Shown here: piece by piece, positions 60,053-64,000 of the stretch
Layout: each line of letters starts with the position of its first letter
How positions within the stretch are numbered: position 1 is the first letter of the stretch
NCBI GenBank assembly: GCA_049322915.1
Contig: JBMOPW010000004.1
Location: 32,001-96,000, forward strand
DNA length: 64,000 nt
Source of the DNA: Candidatus Zhuqueibacterota bacterium
Lineage (GTDB): Bacteria; Zhuqueibacterota; Zhuqueibacteria; Thermofontimicrobiales; Thermofontimicrobiaceae
Direction: 5' to 3'
Notes under the pieces: model-generated
What the model saw: the letters and a program-made list of their open reading frames with translations, nothing else
Database searches by the model: none
Told to the model about the DNA's origin: nothing
Translations under genes and position numbers: made by a program

Positions 60053-60081
60053 AATATACGTAATTCACGATAGATTAGCAA
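60053..60081 (-). promoter_or_regulatory. sigma70-type promoter TTGCTA-N17-TATATT
   Basis: Minus strand, 46 nt upstream of lptF. Confidence 0.55.
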
Positions 60082-60549
60082 GTAATTTTCAGCCCACCAT
60101 ATTATCAATCTGTTACCTATTTCTCATTAGTAAGACTTACATCTCATCAAACCCGGGAGGTTATTGGTTAAACTTGTTATCGCTATTCGCTCTCAATCTT
60201 GTGATGAATAACGTTCTCTGAAAATGTTTGTGATGAGCAAATTCCGGGTCATCGTCATTCCCTGAACCCCCAGGCCAGACTGCTTTTTCATGTGACATCA
60301 AAAATTTTAATTTCCAGCATAAAAAGACTGGCGGGAAAAGCGGAGCGGGAAGTCGACCAATATTCGAATGTGCCGATAAAAATTATGGCGCGACCCGGTT
60401 CATTCCATGGCCATCGAACATGCGAATTGCACTGTGCAATGGAATAAACTCAAAAAAATAATTGTCTCCTCTGAACATTTGAAAACGTTTCAAGTTTAAC
60501 TTAATAATTCACGCTCAATTTCTTAACCACGGCTAATAAGACAATCTTC

Positions 60550-63500
60550 ATGGTAGTACGGAATAAAACTGGATCGAAATCCTTTTTCATTCTTCTTGTG
60601 ACGATTTCGATCTTTTTTTCTCTCATGTCAGTTACCTCGAGTATTGCGAATTCCTCAAACGACTCATTCATCGGATTGCGTCTGGATTCCAATCGACAGT
60701 TTGGTACTCCGTTGTTTCATAAAAAACCGGACATAGGACTGTCGCTCATCGGGCCAATCGACTATTCGGCGACAGTTACCTCAAAAAGTCTTCAGCGGAA
60801 AGTTGAGATCGATTCCAGCGGTAGCATGGTATCTGTCAAAGAAGATTATTTCAGCCTCCCTGTGCACATCCCGGCAAGCTATTCGTTGGCTGTTTTCACG
60901 GATTACTGCCTCCGGCAGAATGTGAATATTTTGTGGCAGGATTATAAGGTCAAAGATATCGCCGGCGAGCGGGTCGAGAAAAAAGGCTCGGCCGGATTGG
61001 AGATCGCCATTCCGGTGAAAATCCGGAACCGCGCGTTCCAGACCATTTTTGGCGGGGACCAGGTATCGCTCTCAGTGACTGGACAGATCAATATCAATGG
61101 CGGATTTCGTCATGAAAAGCGCAGCGAAGTGAAAACCGCGTACAACCGCGGTTCGGACTATAACTTCAAGATGGAACAGACCCAGCAATTTAAAGTCCAG
61201 GGGAATGTGGGCGAAAAAGTGACGGTCAGCGTGGATCAGGACAGCGAGCGGCCATTCGATTTTGAAAATACAGTGAAGCTGGATTATAGCGGTTATGACG
61301 ACGAGATCATTCAATCGATTCAGGCTGGAAATATTTCCCTGTCCTTGCCGGCGACGCGGTTCGTGTCCTTCAGCGCGCAGAATAGCGGTTTGTTCGGAAT
61401 TAAATCCGAGGCGCAAATTGGCAATTTCCAATTGACGACCATCGCCAGCCAGGAAAAGGGAGAGAACAAAACCCTCACCATCACCGGCGGCGCTGAAGAG
61501 GGACAAACGACAATCAAAGATTATAATTACATGCGCGGCGTGTATTTTTTCGTCGACCATAGCTATCGCGCTAGTTATACAAATTACGACCAGAGCGGCG
61601 CCCATCTTTATGAGCTCAACAAAATTCTAACGGATTTCGAAATCTATAAATCCGGTGCCGGATACAAGCAGAAGCAGGGTCGCGTCTATGGCTGGGCGCT
61701 GATTGATCCGGACGAGGGAGACACAACGACCATCGATCAGGAAAATACCAATGGGTACTGGATTCGGATGGATCGATCTGAATATTTTCTGGAAACCGCC
61801 CTCGGCTATATTCGGCTGAACAATCCGGTTTCGGACGACGAAATGCTGGCTATTGCCTATCGCGACAGTTCCGGCCAGGTCGTGGGCAATGTCAAATTCG
61901 ATCCGACGACGCAATCCACGATTTTCCTGAAAATGCTCAAGCCGCGCAGCCCGCGTCCTTCAGATACCACCTGGGATTTGATGTTCCGGAATGTTTATTA
62001 TCTTGGATCCAGAAATATCGAATGGGAAGGTTTTGAAGTAAAAATATTTTTTGATCCACCTTCCGGCGACGACCTTGAAACACTGGAGATAGACGGCAAA
62101 CCCTATTCATTCCTCAATATCTTCGGGTTGGATCGTGTGGACCAAAACGGGGATAATAATCCGGACAATATCATTGACCGCAACAACAACTTTCTCCGCC
62201 TGGGCGAGGGAGAGATTGAATTCCCCAGCCTGCGCGCGTTCGCTGATACGACCAATTCATTGCTCCCCTCGGAAAAATATGTTTCAGCCATGTACGACAC
62301 CACCAACCAGAGCTACATCACCAGCCAGAGCAAGTTCTACATTCAGGTGAAATCCAAAAACCGAAGCGCGAATTACGATCTGGGCTGGAACGTCATCGAG
62401 GGGTCCGAGGAAGTGACTCTCAACGGCTCGCGGTTGGCCAAAGATAAAGATTATATCATCGATTATTACTCCGGAAAGCTCACCATTCTGCGCGAAGAGG
62501 CAACGAACCCATCTGCCAATGTTCAGGTCAATTATCAGCGCAATGAGATGTTTCAACTGGAGAAGAAGACATTGCTGGGTATGCGCGGTGAATATAAATT
62601 CTGGGAGAATTCATTCATCGGCGGTACATTTCTGTATTTGAACCAGAGCACTCTGGACCAGAAAGTCCGCGTTGGCAAAGGCCCCATGCGCAACCTGATC
62701 TGGGATGTGAACACATCCTTGAAATTCCAACCCAATTTCCTGACAAAAGCCATTGATGCGTTCCCGCTCATCGAAACAAAGCAGGAGTCTAGGTTCACGT
62801 TCGAGGGGGAAGTCGCCCAGATTTTACCAAATCCAAATACATTGAATAATGAAGCCACCGGCGATCCGGATGGCGTTGCCTACATCGATGATTTTGAAGC
62901 CGCAAAAAAAATTACTCCGTTGGGCGTCATTCGAAGCGGCTGGCGGGACAGTTCCTCGCCGCTGGAAGTGGGTAAAATTCCGGATCCTACCAATGGCTGG
63001 AAAACAACGCTCGACGTGTACAAAAAGCGAGGACAACTGATCTGGTGGAACCCCTACGAGCAGGTCGCCATCAATGAGATCTGGCCCAATCGCGACACGC
63101 ACAATCCCAATACCCCTCAGCGCGTGCATGTCCTGGACGTGCTTTTTAAACCGGCGGAACGACCGGACGATCCGGATTTCAGCCGGGAACAGTCCTGGTC
63201 CGGCATTATGCGCTGGCTCTCTGCCGGCTATGCCGATCAATCGGACAGTAAATTCCTCGAAATTTGGGTGAAGGGCGACAATGGCCGGCTGCACATCGAT
63301 CTGGGACAGATTTCCGAGGACGTAATTCCCAATGGTCAATTGGATACCGAAGATATTGAAGAGAATGGAATTTTGAATAACCTGCTGGACGCCGGCGAAG
63401 ACGTCGGCATCGACGGGATGGCCGGGAAAGACCCTACTGACTGGTGGGATATAAACAATAACAAGATCAAAGACGACGGCGAACCATTGAGTTACGATGA

Positions 63501-64000
63501 CTGGGAATACAGCACCGGCAGCATTAATTATGAAAAGATCAATGGCAGTGAAGGCAATGAAAATGATCCCGGCGGTCGCTTGCCCAATACCGAAGATATC
63601 AACGGCAACGGCTCGCTGGACATGCGAAATGATTATTTCGAATATTCCTTCTCCCTGTCGAAATCCCACGAAGATACAACGTACATCGCCGGCGGGCAGG
63701 ACAATGAGAGCGGCTGGCGTATGTACCGCATTCCATTGAATGAATACCGAAAAAAAGTCGGCGAGCCGGATATGTCCCGCATCGAATACACCCGAATCTG
63801 GATCGACAGTTGCGCCGCGACCACATTCCTGCGAATCGCAGAAATAAATATCGTGGGCAATGACTGGAAAGAGATGGGCGTGGCGCCTGACGATTTTTCA
63901 GAGTTTGACCCCAAAAACGATTCCACACTGGTGGCGGCAGTGACTAACACCCACGATAATGATGATTACATTGCGCCACCGGGTGTGTCCGGCGAAGTGG
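60550..64000 (+). CDS. sprA: SprA/Sov type IX secretion translocon homologue (3' truncated; absent from the ORF track)
   Basis: Frame +1 from ATG 60550 (after in-frame TAA TAA at 60502-60507) was translated by hand in the 5' part and at spot checks up to the window end. Signal peptide; QGNVGEKV.V..DQDSE..FDFEN..KL.Y.G..DEIIQ.I.AGN.SL.LP, GLFGIK, IASQEKG, AYIDDFE, DLGQISED.IPNG..DTED, P.TEDINGNG.LD, GWR.YRIPL, Y..PPGV. Confidence 0.92.
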   Translation, partial: MVVRNKTGSKSFFILLVTISIFFSLMSVTSSIANSSNDSFIGLRLDSNRQFGTPLFHKKPDIGLSLIGPIDYSATVTSKSLQRKVEIDSSGSMVSVKEDYFSLPVHIPASYSLAVFTDYCLRQNVNILWQDYKVKDIAGERVEKKGSAGLEIAIPVKIRNRAFQTIFGGDQVSLSVTGQININGGFRHEKRSEVKTAYNRGSDYNFKMEQTQQFKVQGNVGEKVTVSVDQDSERPFDFENTVKLDYSGYDDEIIQSIQAGNISLSLPATRFVSFSAQNSGLFGIKSEAQIGNFQLTTIASQEKGENKTLTITGGAEEGQTTIKDYNYMRGVYFFVDHSYRASYTNYDQSGAHLYELNKILTDFEIYKSGAGYKQKQGRVYGWALIDPDEGDTTTIDQENTNGYWIRMDRSEYFLETALGYIRLNNPVSDDEMLAIAYRDSSGQVVGNVKFDPTTQSTIFLKMLKPRSPRPSDTTWDLMFRNVYYLGSRNIEWEGFEVKIFFDPPSGDDLETLEIDGKPYSFLNIFGLDRVDQNGDNNPDNIIDRNNNFLRLGEGEIEFPSLRAFADTTNSLLPSEKYVSAMYDTTNQSYITSQSKFYIQVKSKNRSANYDLGWNVIEGSEEVTLNGSRLAKDKDYIIDYYSGKLTILREEATNPSANVQVNYQRNEMFQLEKKTLLGMRGEYKFWENSFIGGTFLYLNQSTLDQKVRVGKGPMRNLIWDVNTSLKFQPNFLTKAIDAFPLIETKQESRFTFEGEVAQILPNPNTLNNEATGDPDGVAYIDDFEAAKKITPLGVIRSGWRDSSSPLEVGKIPDPTNGWKTTLDVYKKRGQLIWWNPYEQVAINEIWPNRDTHNPNTPQRVHVLDVLFKPAERPDDPDFSREQSWSGIMRWLSAGYADQSDSKFLEIWVKGDNGRLHIDLGQISEDVIPNGQLDTEDIEENGILNNLLDAGEDVGIDGMAGKDPTDWWDINNNKIKDDGEPLSYDDWEYSTGSINYEKINGSEGNENDPGGRLPNTEDINGNGSLDMRNDYFEYSFSLSKSHEDTTYIAGGQDNESGWRMYRIPLNEYRKKVGEPDMSRIEYTRIWIDSCAATTFLRIAEINIVGNDWKEMGVAPDDFSEFDPKNDSTLVAAVTNTHDNDDYIAPPGVSGEV

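Noticed and set aside
60199..60300. TGTGA half-sites as CRP boxes
   Set aside because: No TCACA partner at 6-nt spacing.
61072..63950. ORF-track entries here, including the 281-aa minus-strand ORF 62824-63669
   Set aside because: These are antisense or off-frame shadows of sprA.

Overview
Chromosomal window from a diderm bacterium, most likely in the FCB superphylum (KSB1/Calditrichota-like; inferred from the SprA homologue, Bacteroidota-style ExbD pair and DUF4876 locus, not from a search). Housekeeping content includes tRNA-Leu-tig-clpP-clpX-engB, prmA, rocD and lptF/lptG. No transposase, integrase, phage gene or CRISPR array was found. The notable parts are envelope and regulatory loci: (1) an 8-gene operon at 2495-11585 resembling the Myxococcus Agl-Glt core complex (OM protein, two TPR proteins, GltF-like, AglRQS-like motor, GltG-like TonB/FHA protein); (2) an sprA/sov T9SS translocon gene from 60550 to the window end, which the ORF track misses; (3) a TonB receptor, three DUF4876-like lipoproteins and a barrel, where the middle lipoprotein is a chimera explained by a 1194-bp tandem duplication; (4) a predicted sigma54-driven unit with two sRNA-like structured segments and a 68-aa ORF between a hybrid kinase and a receiver gene; (5) a candidate ~175-nt structured RNA near 30.1 kb; (6) a REP-like inverted cluster at 17.7 kb; (7) a recurring TTG-N17-TATATT promoter style. 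Family calls come from motif recognition by eye only.
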